In this document: piece after piece, positions 1 through 9,681 of the stretch
How positions within the stretch are numbered: position 1 is the stretch's first letter
How the letters are laid out: the number at the start of each line of letters is the position of its first letter
NCBI GenBank assembly: GCA_964408025.1
Contig: CAYOXX010000001.1
Span: 7,627-71,626, forward strand
Origin: an uncultured Acidobacteriota bacterium
Lineage (GTDB): Bacteria; Acidobacteriota; DATKUA01
Reading direction: 5' to 3'
DNA: 64,000 nt
Notes under the pieces: model-generated
What the model saw: the letters and a program-made list of their open reading frames with translations, nothing else
Database searches by the model: none
What the model was told of the DNA's origin: nothing
Position numbers and translations under genes: made by a program

Positions 1-314
1 CGCCGGTAGAGAGCTTCGATGCGGCCGAATATCTCGGCGTGGTATTTCAGCTCGAGGCCGAGGGCCTCGGCGAGCGCCTCTCGCGTGACGTCGTCGAACG
101 TCGGGCCGAGCCCGCCGCAGGCGATCACCATCTCGGCCCGCTCGCCGGCGGTGCGGAACAGTTCTTTGAGAGCCTCGCGGTCGTCGCCGACGACGCTCTT
201 GCGCGCCACGCCTATGCCGCGGGCGTTGAGCTGTTCGGTGAGCCACAAGGTGTTGGTGTCTCGGCGGTGGGGAGTAAGCAGCTCCGAGCCGACGGCGATC
301 AGTTCAGCAACCAT
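1..314 (-). CDS. cinA: Competence/damage-inducible protein CinA, N-terminal (MoCF-binding) part; gene runs off the window start
   Basis: Minus-strand translation from ATG at ~312-314 gives MVAELIAVGSELLTPHRRDTNTLWLTEQLNARGIGVARKSVVGDDREALKELF..., the typical CinA N-terminus. It overlaps the pgpA stop by ~16 nt, a common pgpA-cinA arrangement. The forward ORFs in the track here are antisense shadows. Confidence 0.55.
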   Translation of the reverse strand, partial: MVAELIAVGSELLTPHRRDTNTLWLTEQLNARGIGVARKSVVGDDREALKELFRTAGERAEMVIACGGLGPTFDDVTREALAEALGLELKYHAEIFGRIEALYR

Positions 315-913
315 AGCGGCAACTCGGGGAGGGGGAGTGCGCTGAGTACCCAGAGGGCGACGTGGGTGAGCAGACAGGCGTAGAGCCCGGCCACGACGTC
401 GTCCATCACGATACCGATCCCCCCACCCAATTTCTCAACGAGCCTTCCGGGTTGTATCTTTATGATATCAAAGACCCTGAAGAATACAAATGCGATGACG
501 AAGGCGGCCAGCGACGGCCTGACGGCGATCATCGCCACCGCGTAACCAACCACCTCGTCGATGACGACCATGCCTGGATCTTCCTTCTGCCGCTCCTCGT
601 CCTTGATCCACCGCTGTAGCGCCTCGCTGTCGAATATCCGCCGCGCGTGAGGGTTCAGGCGCCTGATCCGCGCGTGGCTGCGGTAGAGGCTTGCCGCCCG
701 CGCCGCCATGGGGATGGCTATCAGGGTGAGTATCGCTGCGGCCGCGACGTAGTGTAGGGGAGCGAGCAGTATCGACATCGCCGCCACCAGCGGCACGGCC
801 GCCAGCGTCCCCCAGGTGCCCGGCATCAGCGGCAGCAGGCCGCTGCCGAACCAGGTGGCGCCAGCCAGGGCGATAAGGTCGAAGAGCGACATGCGGGGGC
901 TATTCTCTTCCAT
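299..913 (-). CDS. pgpA: Phosphatidylglycerophosphatase A
   Basis: The 204 aa ORF carries the PgpA signature (LIALAGATWFGSGLLPLMPGTWGTLAAVP). It overlaps the rimO 3' end by 14 nt. Confidence 0.8.
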   Translation of the reverse strand: MEENSPRMSLFDLIALAGATWFGSGLLPLMPGTWGTLAAVPLVAAMSILLAPLHYVAAAAILTLIAIPMAARAASLYRSHARIRRLNPHARRIFDSEALQRWIKDEERQKEDPGMVVIDEVVGYAVAMIAVRPSLAAFVIAFVFFRVFDIIKIQPGRLVEKLGGGIGIVMDDVVAGLYACLLTHVALWVLSALPLPELPLWLLN

Positions 914-2264
914 CGGTTATCCTTCCGACCAGGTCGTAGGGGTGGGCCTCGGTGATCTCCACGGTCACCAGGCGGCCCGGTTCGGCGAAGCCGTCGTTGA
1001 TTATCACGCCTCCGTCCGACTCCGGCGCCTGCGTCGCCAGGCGGCCGCTGAGCAAAAGCTCGCTTTCGGGGTGGAGGCCGTCTACGAGGCATTCACGGCG
1101 CGTCCCCACCAGAGAGGTGTTATTGTCCAGCGATATCTTCCGCTGCAGCTCCATCACGCGGTCGCGGCGCTCGGCCTTGACCTCGGCGGGCCAGCGGTCG
1201 GCGAAGCGGTCTGCCGAGTCGCTGCCCTCCTCATGCGAGTAGGTGAAGACGCCGAGGTGCTCGAAGCGGGCGGCGGCGACGAAGTCCAGCAGCTTGAGGA
1301 AATCTTCCTCCTCTTCCGTCGGGAAGCCGACGATCAGCGATGTCCTGATCGCCAGGCCGGGAATGTTGTTCCTGAGACGATCGAGCTTCTCGAGCGATTT
1401 GGTGCCGTCGCCAGGGCGGCACATCGACTTGAGCACGCGGGCGGAGGCGTGCTGCAGCGGTATGTCGAGGTACGGCACCACGTCCGGCTCGGCTGCGATT
1501 GTTTCCACCAGCCCCGGGCCGAGCCCCTCGGGGTAGACGTAGAGCAGCCTCAGCCAGCGGAGTCCCTCGAGCTGCGCCAGCGAGCGCAGCAGCTTGGCGA
1601 GGCCGTTCTCCAGGCCTATGTCGCTGCCGTAGGGGCCTAGGTCCTGGGCGACGAGGTTGAGCTCGACGGCGCCGTCGCCGACGAGCGAGCGGGCCTCGGC
1701 AACAACGTCGTCGAGCGGCCGGCTGCGGTAGCGCCCGCGGATGGCGGGGATGACGCAGAAGCCGCAGGCGTGGTCGCAGCCGTCGGAGATCTTCAGGTAG
1801 GCGTAGTGGCGCGGCGTCGTCCGCATACGAGGCTGGCCGGCGTAGTCCAGGCGTCGCGGCTCCGGCGCAGCCTCGCGGGAGGGAGAGGGGACGTAGGCAC
1901 CGGAGCAGGCATCCGCTATACGGTCCATCTCGTCGATCCCGAGGCAGGCATCGATTTCGGGTATCGAATCGAGCAGCTCAGCGCGGTAGCGCTGGCTGAG
2001 GCAGCCGGTAACGACGAGGCGGCGGCAGCACCCCGTGTCCTTGTATCGGGCCATCTCGAGGATCGTCTCTATCGACTCCTCCTTGGCCTCCTCGATGAAG
2101 CCGCAGGTGTTGACTACGATGACCTCGGCCGCCTCCGCACGCGTCTCGATTTCGAATCCTGCCTCTGTCAGCAGGCCCAGCATCACCTCCGAGTCGACGG
2201 TGTTCTTAGCGCAGCCGAGGCTGCAGAGGCCGACGGATGTCGTACCTGTCTCGGAATTCCGCAT
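900..2264 (-). CDS. rimO: Ribosomal protein S12 methylthiotransferase RimO (radical SAM MTTase)
   Basis: 454 aa. The N-terminal MTTase Cys motif (SLGCAKNTVDSE) is RimO-type. It has a radical-SAM CxxxCxxC (DGCDHACGFC) and a C-terminal TRAM-like region. Confidence 0.85.
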   Translation of the reverse strand: MRNSETGTTSVGLCSLGCAKNTVDSEVMLGLLTEAGFEIETRAEAAEVIVVNTCGFIEEAKEESIETILEMARYKDTGCCRRLVVTGCLSQRYRAELLDSIPEIDACLGIDEMDRIADACSGAYVPSPSREAAPEPRRLDYAGQPRMRTTPRHYAYLKISDGCDHACGFCVIPAIRGRYRSRPLDDVVAEARSLVGDGAVELNLVAQDLGPYGSDIGLENGLAKLLRSLAQLEGLRWLRLLYVYPEGLGPGLVETIAAEPDVVPYLDIPLQHASARVLKSMCRPGDGTKSLEKLDRLRNNIPGLAIRTSLIVGFPTEEEEDFLKLLDFVAAARFEHLGVFTYSHEEGSDSADRFADRWPAEVKAERRDRVMELQRKISLDNNTSLVGTRRECLVDGLHPESELLLSGRLATQAPESDGGVIINDGFAEPGRLVTVEITEAHPYDLVGRITDGRE

Positions 2265-2354
2265 ACGTTAGGCATTATAACCGCCCCGGCTCCCGTTGGC
2301 GAAGGGCGCAAGAAGGCCGGCTGGGTGGCAGCCGGCCTGGAGTTTGAGACTGAC

Positions 2355-4139
2355 TCAGTGAACCGCTTTAGGAACCGCCTCCTCTTCCACTTCGGTCTCG
2401 CTTTCGGCATCGTCGGACGATTTCATGGCGGCGAAAAACGGTATCATTGCCATGATGGATCGGGCGTTGAAATCCGCTTCAATGTAGATGCCGTCGTACG
2501 TCGCCGTGGCGAAACCCATGTCCGAGCCTTCATGTCTTACGAAATCGAGGATAGCGGTGCGGAGTGCCTCGAAGTCGATCCCCTCGGCTCCTCCGACTGT
2601 GGATATAGTCTGCAGGCCGACCGACAGGCCATTGCGGTGGTACTCGTCGGTCGTGTAGCTTACGAGGAAGGCCGAATGCGGGATTCGTGCTGCGGACGCA
2701 GTGAAATCGGGGCTGTTCAGCAGTGATCTGCCGGAATCCAGTTCGTCTATCGCCGCGCGCAGATCGTCCATATTTAAGCTGAAGATGAGGTAGTCTCCGT
2801 AAACTGTGAGGGCGGGTTCCACCGGAATATTGGGCACCGGTATGGCGAAGATGTGGGCATTGCCGTAGACCTCTTCCTGGATGGGGAGGCCTGGGACGTC
2901 CGTCATGGTTCTCAGCGAGGCGAGGAAGTGTTCTGTATCGTCAAGGCTGAAGACTAACTGCATCTGCATAAACTGAAACATCATGGCAGGAGAGGCTGTT
3001 ATATCACCGCTTAGCTCGAATTCGGGATCGAAACTGATGGTAATTGCCGCCTGGTTTCCCAGAGGAGCGAGGAAATCCTCGCGCAGACTAATACCGAGCA
3101 TTGCTTCGAACTGCTGCTCGGCAGCCTCGAGCTGAGCCGCCTGGAAGGTGGGCACTAGTGCAGCGATCTCCATGACGATGGCGTCGAGGATCAGCTCGAC
3201 ATCGTTAATGGAGGCGGCGATGAAGGCCTGAGTGGAGGCTGGAACAGCAGCGGCGATGCCTGTTCCCACCGGCCGCTCGCTGAAAATATGAGGGAGTATA
3301 CCTGCGGGTTCAGGTACTCTGACGAAGATCCGCAGCCTCTCGCCTTCGGTGAGCGGGATTGTCGCTGAGATAGACTCGATTGCCGATAGCCCTAATATAT
3401 TAGATACAGCATCGACGATCTGGAGGTTGGCTGTCGGCGGCATGAAGTTGCCGATTAGCTCAATGATGCGGGGAAAGTCCAAATAGACCACGAGGCCGCT
3501 CGTCATTCCCGTGAGTTCTTGGTGGCGCAAGAATGACTGCGACTGCGAGAGCGGGTTCTGCGGGGCGAGCACCTGCTCCATCACCGCGGTGCTGTTGGTA
3601 ATGACCAAGAGGCCGGAGTGGATGGCCAGGAACGCCTTCTGATCGAGGCCGAATACCCCGACGCCGGCGATGCTGTGCCTGGTTATCTCCATTTCTGGCG
3701 GCGACATCTCCAGTATCCGGTCCATGAGACCCTGGATCGTCTCCTCGGCGCCGGCTATACCGGCGAAGAGGGCGATGTCGAAGTCACTTGTGGATGCTAC
3801 GTCGATTAGACCGATTGTCAGCTCGCCGCTCAGCGCCTCGAAGAGATCCTTCAAGTGGATGCCCATGGTCTCGTGGAACCGCTCGTCGAGTTCACCGAGC
3901 TCCTCGAACAGGTTCTCGCTGAGCCCCGCGGCACTCAGCAGGCTGATGAACGCGGGATCAGCTAATAGCGTTTTGATCTCGCTGACGTCGGGGATCGAGA
4001 TCACGCAAGCCGTGCTGTCGGGTAGGCGGCTTGCGAATGGCGGTTGCTCTTGGGGAGCAGCGAGCACCGAATCGGCGACCAGGGCGACGGCGGCCACGCT
4101 CAGGGCCGCCAACACGATGATTCCGGTCTTGGTACGCAT
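2355..4139 (-). CDS. Hypothetical secreted protein (~595 aa), N-terminal signal peptide
   Basis: The long ORF has a cleavable-looking signal peptide, MRTKTGIIVLAALSVAAVALVADSVLA. GGAGGA sits 6 nt upstream of that ATG, so the start was moved from 4199 to 4139. I recognise no catalytic motif. Confidence 0.5.
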   Translation of the reverse strand: MRTKTGIIVLAALSVAAVALVADSVLAAPQEQPPFASRLPDSTACVISIPDVSEIKTLLADPAFISLLSAAGLSENLFEELGELDERFHETMGIHLKDLFEALSGELTIGLIDVASTSDFDIALFAGIAGAEETIQGLMDRILEMSPPEMEITRHSIAGVGVFGLDQKAFLAIHSGLLVITNSTAVMEQVLAPQNPLSQSQSFLRHQELTGMTSGLVVYLDFPRIIELIGNFMPPTANLQIVDAVSNILGLSAIESISATIPLTEGERLRIFVRVPEPAGILPHIFSERPVGTGIAAAVPASTQAFIAASINDVELILDAIVMEIAALVPTFQAAQLEAAEQQFEAMLGISLREDFLAPLGNQAAITISFDPEFELSGDITASPAMMFQFMQMQLVFSLDDTEHFLASLRTMTDVPGLPIQEEVYGNAHIFAIPVPNIPVEPALTVYGDYLIFSLNMDDLRAAIDELDSGRSLLNSPDFTASAARIPHSAFLVSYTTDEYHRNGLSVGLQTISTVGGAEGIDFEALRTAILDFVRHEGSDMGFATATYDGIYIEADFNARSIMAMIPFFAAMKSSDDAESETEVEEEAVPKAVH

Positions 4140-4271
4140 TTCTAATCCTCCGCTCAGTCTATTCCCGTCAGGTTGGTACCTGACGAAATGTTTTGACATT
4201 GACGGTTGCCCGTACTTTACCGCAGGCAGAGTACCGCTTACAAGCGAAATGGTACAAGCCGTCCGCTCGCC

Positions 4272-5570
4272 TCAGGGGTAGATGCGGTTGATGGTGCGCG
4301 GGTAGGGGATCGTCTCGCGTATATGGTGTAGCCCGCAGATCCAGGTGACAACCCGTTCGATCCCCATGCCGAAACCGCTGTGTGGTACGCCGCCGTAGCG
4401 GCGGACATCGACGTACCATCGGAAAGCTTCTTCGGGGAGACCATGTTCGCGGACTCTCTTGGCGATCAGTTCAGCGTTGCCGATACGTTGGCCGCCGCCG
4501 ATGAGCTCGCCGTACCCTTCTGGCGCCTGGACATCTACGCCGAGCACCAGCTCGGGCCGCTCCGGGTCCGGCTCCATGTAGAAAGCCTTGGTCTCCGCCG
4601 GCCAGCGGTGAATCAGAATTGGCCGGTCCTCATCGCGGGTCAGGAGCTGCTCATGGGGCGCGCCGAAGTCCACGCCCCACTCGATCTCGGAGCCGGAGGC
4701 ACGCAGTTTTTCTACCGCTTCGTCGTAGGAGAGGCGCGGGTAGGGCCTGCGCGTGGCCGCCTCGAGCCTGCCGATGTCTCTCTCCAGCAGTTCGAGCTGC
4801 GGTCGGCAGCGCTCGATAACTGCACCGACGATCTCGCTGACGAAGTCCTCGCACAGCTCCATCAGCTCGTCGAACTCCATCCAGGCCACCTCCGGTTCGA
4901 TCATCCAGAACTCGGTCAGGTGGCGGCGCGTCTTGCTCTTCTCGGCGCGGAAGGTGGGGCCGAAGCAGTAGACCTTGCCGAAGCTCATGCAGGACGCCTC
5001 GGAGTAGAGCTGGCCGCTTTGCGTCAGGTACGCCTTCTCGCCGAAGTAGTCGGTCTCGAACAGCGTCGTCGTCCCCTCGCAGGCGGCCGGGGTCAGCATC
5101 GGCGAGTCGATGAGCACGTAGTCGCGGCTGTCGAAGTAGTTGCGGCAGGCGCGGACCAGCTCGTGGCGCACGCGCAGGATGGCGTGCTGGCGCGACGAGC
5201 GCAGCCAGAGGTGGCGGTGGTTGAGCAGGAACTCGATGCCGTGCTCCTTCGGCGTGATCGGGTACGGCTCGGCGATCTGCACCACCTCGATATCCCCAAC
5301 ACTCAGCTCGTAGCCGCCCGGGGACCTCGGGTCCTCGCGCACGGTGCCTGTAACCCGCAGCGAGGACTCCTGCGTCAGCTCGTCGAAGCGGTCGAATGCC
5401 TCCCCGGGGAGGTCGGCGCTGCTGAGTACGCACTGCACGACGCCGGTGCCGTCGCGAACAAGCATGAAGCGGATCTTGCCGCTGCTGCGCTTGTTGTAGA
5501 GCCAGCCGCGGACCGTCACCTGCCGCCCGACGTGATCCTTCAACTCACTTATCTCGGCTACGGTCATCAT
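4272..5570 (-). CDS. asnS: Asparagine--tRNA ligase
   Basis: It has class IIb aaRS motifs ([29 protein letters not shown]), an N-terminal OB anticodon-binding domain and AsnRS length (~433 aa). The start was trimmed to MMTVAEI, which has a GGAGGG RBS. Confidence 0.85.
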   Translation of the reverse strand: MMTVAEISELKDHVGRQVTVRGWLYNKRSSGKIRFMLVRDGTGVVQCVLSSADLPGEAFDRFDELTQESSLRVTGTVREDPRSPGGYELSVGDIEVVQIAEPYPITPKEHGIEFLLNHRHLWLRSSRQHAILRVRHELVRACRNYFDSRDYVLIDSPMLTPAACEGTTTLFETDYFGEKAYLTQSGQLYSEASCMSFGKVYCFGPTFRAEKSKTRRHLTEFWMIEPEVAWMEFDELMELCEDFVSEIVGAVIERCRPQLELLERDIGRLEAATRRPYPRLSYDEAVEKLRASGSEIEWGVDFGAPHEQLLTRDEDRPILIHRWPAETKAFYMEPDPERPELVLGVDVQAPEGYGELIGGGQRIGNAELIAKRVREHGLPEEAFRWYVDVRRYGGVPHSGFGMGIERVVTWICGLHHIRETIPYPRTINRIYP

Positions 5571-5898
5571 CTCCCTCCGGCCGGCCCGAAGACAGGCGGG
5601 CCGGCGCTGTCCCACGGCTCCCCGACAGCGATCAAACTGCCGCGATTATAGAAAGCCACCGCGGAGCGCGCAAGTGAGGGGTGGGAGCAGCCGCCTTGGG
5701 CTTGCTTACGCGCCGGTCTTCGCCGAAGCCGCCGGCGTACCGGTGGACTCCGTGTTCACAACACAAAGGTCCCCAAGAGGGATCGACCTCTTGGAGACCT
5801 TGTTTTCGCGGTTAACGAAGTTGGCTGATGATTTGCGCTGTATCGGGATGGATTTACGAGAGATCAGAGGTGCCGGATCATCTCAACCGTTTCTAGCG

Positions 5899-5922
5899 AA
5901 AATCCGTGAGCCTCGCGGCTCA
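5899..5922 (-). terminator. Putative rho-independent terminator of cspA
   Basis: On the minus strand TGAGCC-GCGA-GGCTCA forms a 6-bp stem with a 4-nt loop that overlaps the stop codon. It is followed by a GGATTTTCG U-tract. Confidence 0.4.
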
Positions 5923-6123
5923 GCTCTGCAACTTGTTTACGTTTTCCGCTTGCGGACCCTTGGGGCCCTGTTTGATCTCGAAGCTCACACGCTCGTTCTC
6001 AGCCAGGGACCTGAATCCCTCGGCTATTATCGAGGTGTGGTGCACGAAGACGTCGACGCCGTCATCGGCCGTGATGAAACCGTAGCCCTTGGCGTCGTTG
6101 AACCATTTTACGGTACCTTCCAT
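5920..6123 (-). CDS. cspA: Cold-shock protein, CspA family
   Basis: 67 aa. [17 protein letters not shown]...VFVHHTSI carries the RNP1 and RNP2 motifs. Confidence 0.9.
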   Translation of the reverse strand: MEGTVKWFNDAKGYGFITADDGVDVFVHHTSIIAEGFRSLAENERVSFEIKQGPKGPQAENVNKLQS

Positions 6124-6482
6124 AATCCTGCTCCGTTAATACAGTTACCTTTCCCCAGCACCACTGTGCTGAGACACGATTGTACTTGAGTCCCGACGTG
6201 CGGCAGTTGATGTTTTGGGAAAAATCACTTACCGGGTAGGTTACTCCTACATACAATCAAGTCATATATAAGCGACGGGCAAAGCATTGTCAAGCAAAAT
6301 AATACTCCGGCAATAAATCATCTTGCGGGGTTTTATGCGTCTTGGAAATATTTCAGCTCAAAATTCCAAGCTGCCGGTTCGACTAACATGTCAGCTTACC
6401 CTCCCCAAAAGCCCTTTGAAATGATATGATTATATCAGCCACCGGTGAGCGATCAGTACTCGGGCCGGGGTAGCGTCGAGGG

Positions 6483-6511
6483 TTGACAGGCCCGGGGGCG
6501 TGTGATACTTA
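6483..6511 (+). promoter_or_regulatory. Candidate sigma70-type promoter for the rplU-rpmA-obg-rsfS operon
   Basis: A perfect TTGACA -35 box lies ~50 nt upstream of the rplU ATG. It is followed by TGtGATACT, an extended -10-like element with a 15-nt spacer, or TACTTA with a 17-nt spacer. Confidence 0.3.
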
Positions 6512-6537
6512 CTTGCGCTCCGTTGGAGAGCGTGCGG

Positions 6538-7107
6538 ATGGAAAAAGACGAGAATATTGCGGTGATCGCCACAGGCGGCAAGCAGTACCGCGTGCGCGAG
6601 GGCGATCGTATCAGCATCGAGGTCCTGGACGCGGAACCGGGGAAAGACGTCAAGTTCGCCGACGTGCTGCTGCTGCGCAAGGGTGGCAAAACAGAAATCG
6701 GCATGCCCACGGTAACGGGTGCCAGCGTAACCGGGAAGGTGCTCGAGAAGTTCAAGGGCGAGAAAATAGTCGTCTTCAAGAAGAAAAAGCGCAAGGGATA
6801 CAAGCGGACGCGCGGCCACCGCCAGAACCTCCTGATGGTAGAGATCGGGAGCATCAACGCCAAGCCCGCGGCGGCGCCGAAGGAGACGGCAGCCAAAACA
6901 AAGGCGGCGCCCGCTAAGAAGACGGGCAAGGCAAAGGCGGCGCCGAAGAAGGCCGCTCCAAAGGCAAAGGCAGCGCCGAAGAAAGCCGCACCGAGGAAGA
7001 CCGCCGCCAAGGTCGCGGAGAAGCCGAAGAAGGTTGAGGCGAAGGCTAGGCCGACGGCAATGAAGACCTCCGCGAAGAAGAGTGCCGCCGCCAAGAAAAG
7101 CGAATAG
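6538..7107 (+). CDS. rplU: 50S ribosomal protein L21 with an ~85 aa Lys/Ala/Pro-rich histone-H1-like C-terminal extension
   Basis: The core reads MEKDENIAVIATGGKQYRVREGDRISIEVL...KKKRKGYKRTRGHRQNLLMVEI, which is L21. The tail is AKPAAAPKETAAKTKAAPAKKTGKAKAAPKK.... The ATG at 6538 has GGAGAG 6 nt upstream, whereas the ORF-track start at 6502 is GTG. Confidence 0.85.
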   Translation: MEKDENIAVIATGGKQYRVREGDRISIEVLDAEPGKDVKFADVLLLRKGGKTEIGMPTVTGASVTGKVLEKFKGEKIVVFKKKKRKGYKRTRGHRQNLLMVEIGSINAKPAAAPKETAAKTKAAPAKKTGKAKAAPKKAAPKAKAAPKKAAPRKTAAKVAEKPKKVEAKARPTAMKTSAKKSAAAKKSE

Positions 7108-7116
7108 GAGCTGGAT

Positions 7117-7371
7117 ATGGCCCACAAGAAAGGACAGGGAAGCTCGCGCAACGGCCGCGACAGCAATCCCCAGTTTCTGGGAGTGAAGCGTTTCGCCGGC
7201 CAGGCTGTTCGAGGCGGCTCGATTCTGGTCCGCCAGCGCGGGACCGTATACAAGCCCGGCCTCAACGTCGGCCGCGGCAAGGACGACACACTTTTCGCCC
7301 GCGTCGACGGCATCGTCGAGTTCAGGTCCAGAGGTCGCATGGGCAAGTTCGTATCGGTAGTCCCGAATTAA
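7117..7371 (+). CDS. rpmA: 50S ribosomal protein L27
   Basis: [26 protein letters not shown] is the canonical L27 N-terminus. Confidence 0.95.
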   Translation: MAHKKGQGSSRNGRDSNPQFLGVKRFAGQAVRGGSILVRQRGTVYKPGLNVGRGKDDTLFARVDGIVEFRSRGRMGKFVSVVPN

Positions 7372-7532
7372 AGAACTGTTGCGGCTCGTAATCGACAGGA
7401 TCGCCGGCCCGCCCGCCCGCCTGATACTGGAAGCGGAGCGCGTCGGCGTTAGCCACGTACGCTTGCGGACGTTGGATTTATCGCGCGCGGCGTTTGACAG
7501 TCTGGCGATTCCATAACCGCGGGTCTTCCGGC

Positions 7533-8576
7533 TTGAGCGAGTTCATAGATCACCTGAAGTTCACGGCCGCCGCAGGCGACGGCGGCAGGGGTTGCGTCAG
7601 CTTCCGCCGCGAGAAGTTCGTGCCTCGAGGCGGCCCCAACGGGGGCGACGGCGGACGCGGCGGCCACGTGACCCTGAAGGCCACGGCTCAGCGCACCACC
7701 CTCAGCCACCTGAGGGCCAACAGCCTCGTCCGCGCCGGCAGGGGGGGGCACGGAAAGGGTTCCAACAGGACCGGCGCCGACGGGAAGGACAAGATGCTCG
7801 GGGTGCCGCTCGGGACCGTGGTCAGGGACGCGGCGACGGCCCTAGTGCTCGGCGACCTGGTCGGCGAGGGCCAGGAGTTGGTTGTCGCCCAGGGCGGAAG
7901 AGGCGGACTGGGCAACGCATCGTTCGCCGGTCCCACTAATCAGGCGCCGCGCTACGCCCAGCCGGGCGAGCCGGGGGTGGAGCGTCTGGTGGAGCTCGAG
8001 CTGAAGCTGCTGGCCGAGGTCGGCATCGTCGGCCTGCCCAACGCCGGCAAGAGCACACTCACGGCGCGCGTTACCGCCGCCCGGCCCAAGATAGCCTCCT
8101 ACCCCTTCACCACGCTCGTCCCCGTGCTCGGCGTGGTAGACTGGAAAGACCGGAGTTTCGTCGTCGCCGAGATACCCGGCCTGATCGAGGGGTCTCACGC
8201 CGGCGCCGGGCTGGGGCACCGTTTCCTGCGCCACGCCGAGCGCACGCGCACGCTGCTCCACCTGGTAGACGTTGGCGGTCCCGAGTCGGCCGATCCGGTC
8301 CGCAGCCTCGAACAGTTGGACGAGGAGCTGCGGCTGTTCCAGCCGCTCCTGGCCGAGAAGCCGCAGCTTGTGGTCGGCAACAAGATAGACCTGAATCCGC
8401 CCGAGGGGAGGATCGATTCTCTAAGGCGCGTGGCCGCGGAGCTGGGGAGGCCCTTTTGCGCCGTCTCGGCGGCCACCGGCGAGGGGCTCGATGGGATGTT
8501 CGCGGAGCTGGTGAGGCTCATGGACGGCTCCAGCGTGGGCGGCGAGGGCGGCGGGGACAGCCACGACGGGAGGTGA
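7533..8576 (+). CDS. obg: GTPase Obg/CgtA
   Basis: It has the Obg fold Gly-rich N-domain (AGDGGRGCVSFRREKFVPRGGPNGGDGGRGG) and the GTPase motifs GLPNAGKST and DIPG. The in-frame TTG at ~7533 fits an Obg N-terminus; the track ORF begins at 7494. Confidence 0.85.
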   Translation: MSEFIDHLKFTAAAGDGGRGCVSFRREKFVPRGGPNGGDGGRGGHVTLKATAQRTTLSHLRANSLVRAGRGGHGKGSNRTGADGKDKMLGVPLGTVVRDAATALVLGDLVGEGQELVVAQGGRGGLGNASFAGPTNQAPRYAQPGEPGVERLVELELKLLAEVGIVGLPNAGKSTLTARVTAARPKIASYPFTTLVPVLGVVDWKDRSFVVAEIPGLIEGSHAGAGLGHRFLRHAERTRTLLHLVDVGGPESADPVRSLEQLDEELRLFQPLLAEKPQLVVGNKIDLNPPEGRIDSLRRVAAELGRPFCAVSAATGEGLDGMFAELVRLMDGSSVGGEGGGDSHDGR

Positions 8577-8579
8577 TGC

Positions 8580-8963
8580 TTGGCAGCGGAAGCGGGAGTA
8601 GGGGCAGTGGACGAGCGGCTCAAGGAGATCGCGCGCGCCGCTGACGGGAAGCAGGCCGCGGACATCATCGTCCTCGACGTGTCAGAAATCAGCAGCATCG
8701 CCGACTACTTCGTCTTCTGCAGCGGCATAAACGTCCGGCAGACCAAAACGATAGCCGAAGCGATCGAGGAGAGGCTGGCGGCGGGCAGGACCAGGCCGCT
8801 GCACATCGAGGGTGAGACCGCCGGAAGCTGGGTGCTGATGGACTACGGCGACATAATCGTCCACATCTTCATGCCCGAGGCGCGCGAGTTCTACGACCTC
8901 GAGGGGCTCTGGGGCGACGCGGCGGCCGTCCCGGTAGAAGAGCTGCTCGGCGAGGCGGTCTGA
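8580..8963 (+). CDS. rsfS: Ribosomal silencing factor RsfS (Iojap family)
   Basis: 127 aa. ...KQAADIIVLDVSEISSIADYFVFCSGINVRQTKTIAEAIEE... matches RsfS. It sits directly after obg, as is conserved. It has a TTG start. Confidence 0.8.
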   Translation: MAAEAGVGAVDERLKEIARAADGKQAADIIVLDVSEISSIADYFVFCSGINVRQTKTIAEAIEERLAAGRTRPLHIEGETAGSWVLMDYGDIIVHIFMPEAREFYDLEGLWGDAAAVPVEELLGEAV

Positions 8964-9081
8964 ACGCCCCCCGCCCCCCCCGCTCCCTCGCGTATGATTC
9001 GCTACAGACCAAGTAGCCACTACCCGTCGTAAACTTATTCCCTACTGAAACGCCTTAGAAAGAGCGGAGGGAGTGGGTTTC

Positions 9082-9681
9082 ATGGTTCCGACCGACGCGG
9101 AACTGGTAAGCAGAGCGCGCGGGAATGAGATGGGCGCCTTCCGCCAGCTCGTCGACCGCTACAAGCGCAGGGCCTACTATACCGCCCTTGGCATCGTCGG
9201 TAACCATCACGACGCCGAGGACGTGATGCAGGAGAGTTTCCTGCAGGCGCTCCGCTCGCTCGACCGCTTGCGGAACCCGGGTGGGTTTTGCGCCTGGCTG
9301 CTGCGGATAGCCTACAACAGGTCGATTGATCTGCGCCGTCGCCGCCTCCGCGAGGTCTCGCCCGATGGGAGGGAGGATGGAGTCGAGCTGTTCGACACTA
9401 TCGGGAGCGAGAGCGCGGAGAACAATCCGGAGCGCTCGATGCGTTCCGGCGAGATAGCTGGGCTGGTGATGAGCACGATGGAGAAGCTGCCGGAGAGCCA
9501 GCGCGTCGCCTTCGCGCTCAAGCATATCGGCCAGCTATCGATAAAGGAGATCGCCGCCGCAACGGGGAGCACGGAATCGACGACGAAGACAAATATCTAC
9601 CGCGCCGTGCAGCGCATGCGGAAGGTGCTCTCGCCGCTGAGGATACAAGGGTCAGGAGTGGCAGATGAGCGAGTTTCTTGA
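9082..9681 (+). CDS. ECF-family RNA polymerase sigma factor (sigma-70 regions 2 and 4)
   Basis: Region 2 reads YKRRAYYTALGIVGNHHDAEDVMQESFLQA. Region 4 has an HTH, LSIKEIAAATGSTESTTKTNIYRAVQRMR. GGAGGGAG sits upstream of the ATG at 9082. Confidence 0.8.
   Translation: MVPTDAELVSRARGNEMGAFRQLVDRYKRRAYYTALGIVGNHHDAEDVMQESFLQALRSLDRLRNPGGFCAWLLRIAYNRSIDLRRRRLREVSPDGREDGVELFDTIGSESAENNPERSMRSGEIAGLVMSTMEKLPESQRVAFALKHIGQLSIKEIAAATGSTESTTKTNIYRAVQRMRKVLSPLRIQGSGVADERVS

Noticed and set aside
5674-6189. 171-aa plus-strand ORF spanning the asnS-cspA intergenic region and cspA.
   Set aside because: It is antisense to the highly conserved cspA CDS and has no RBS. Most likely it is a shadow ORF.
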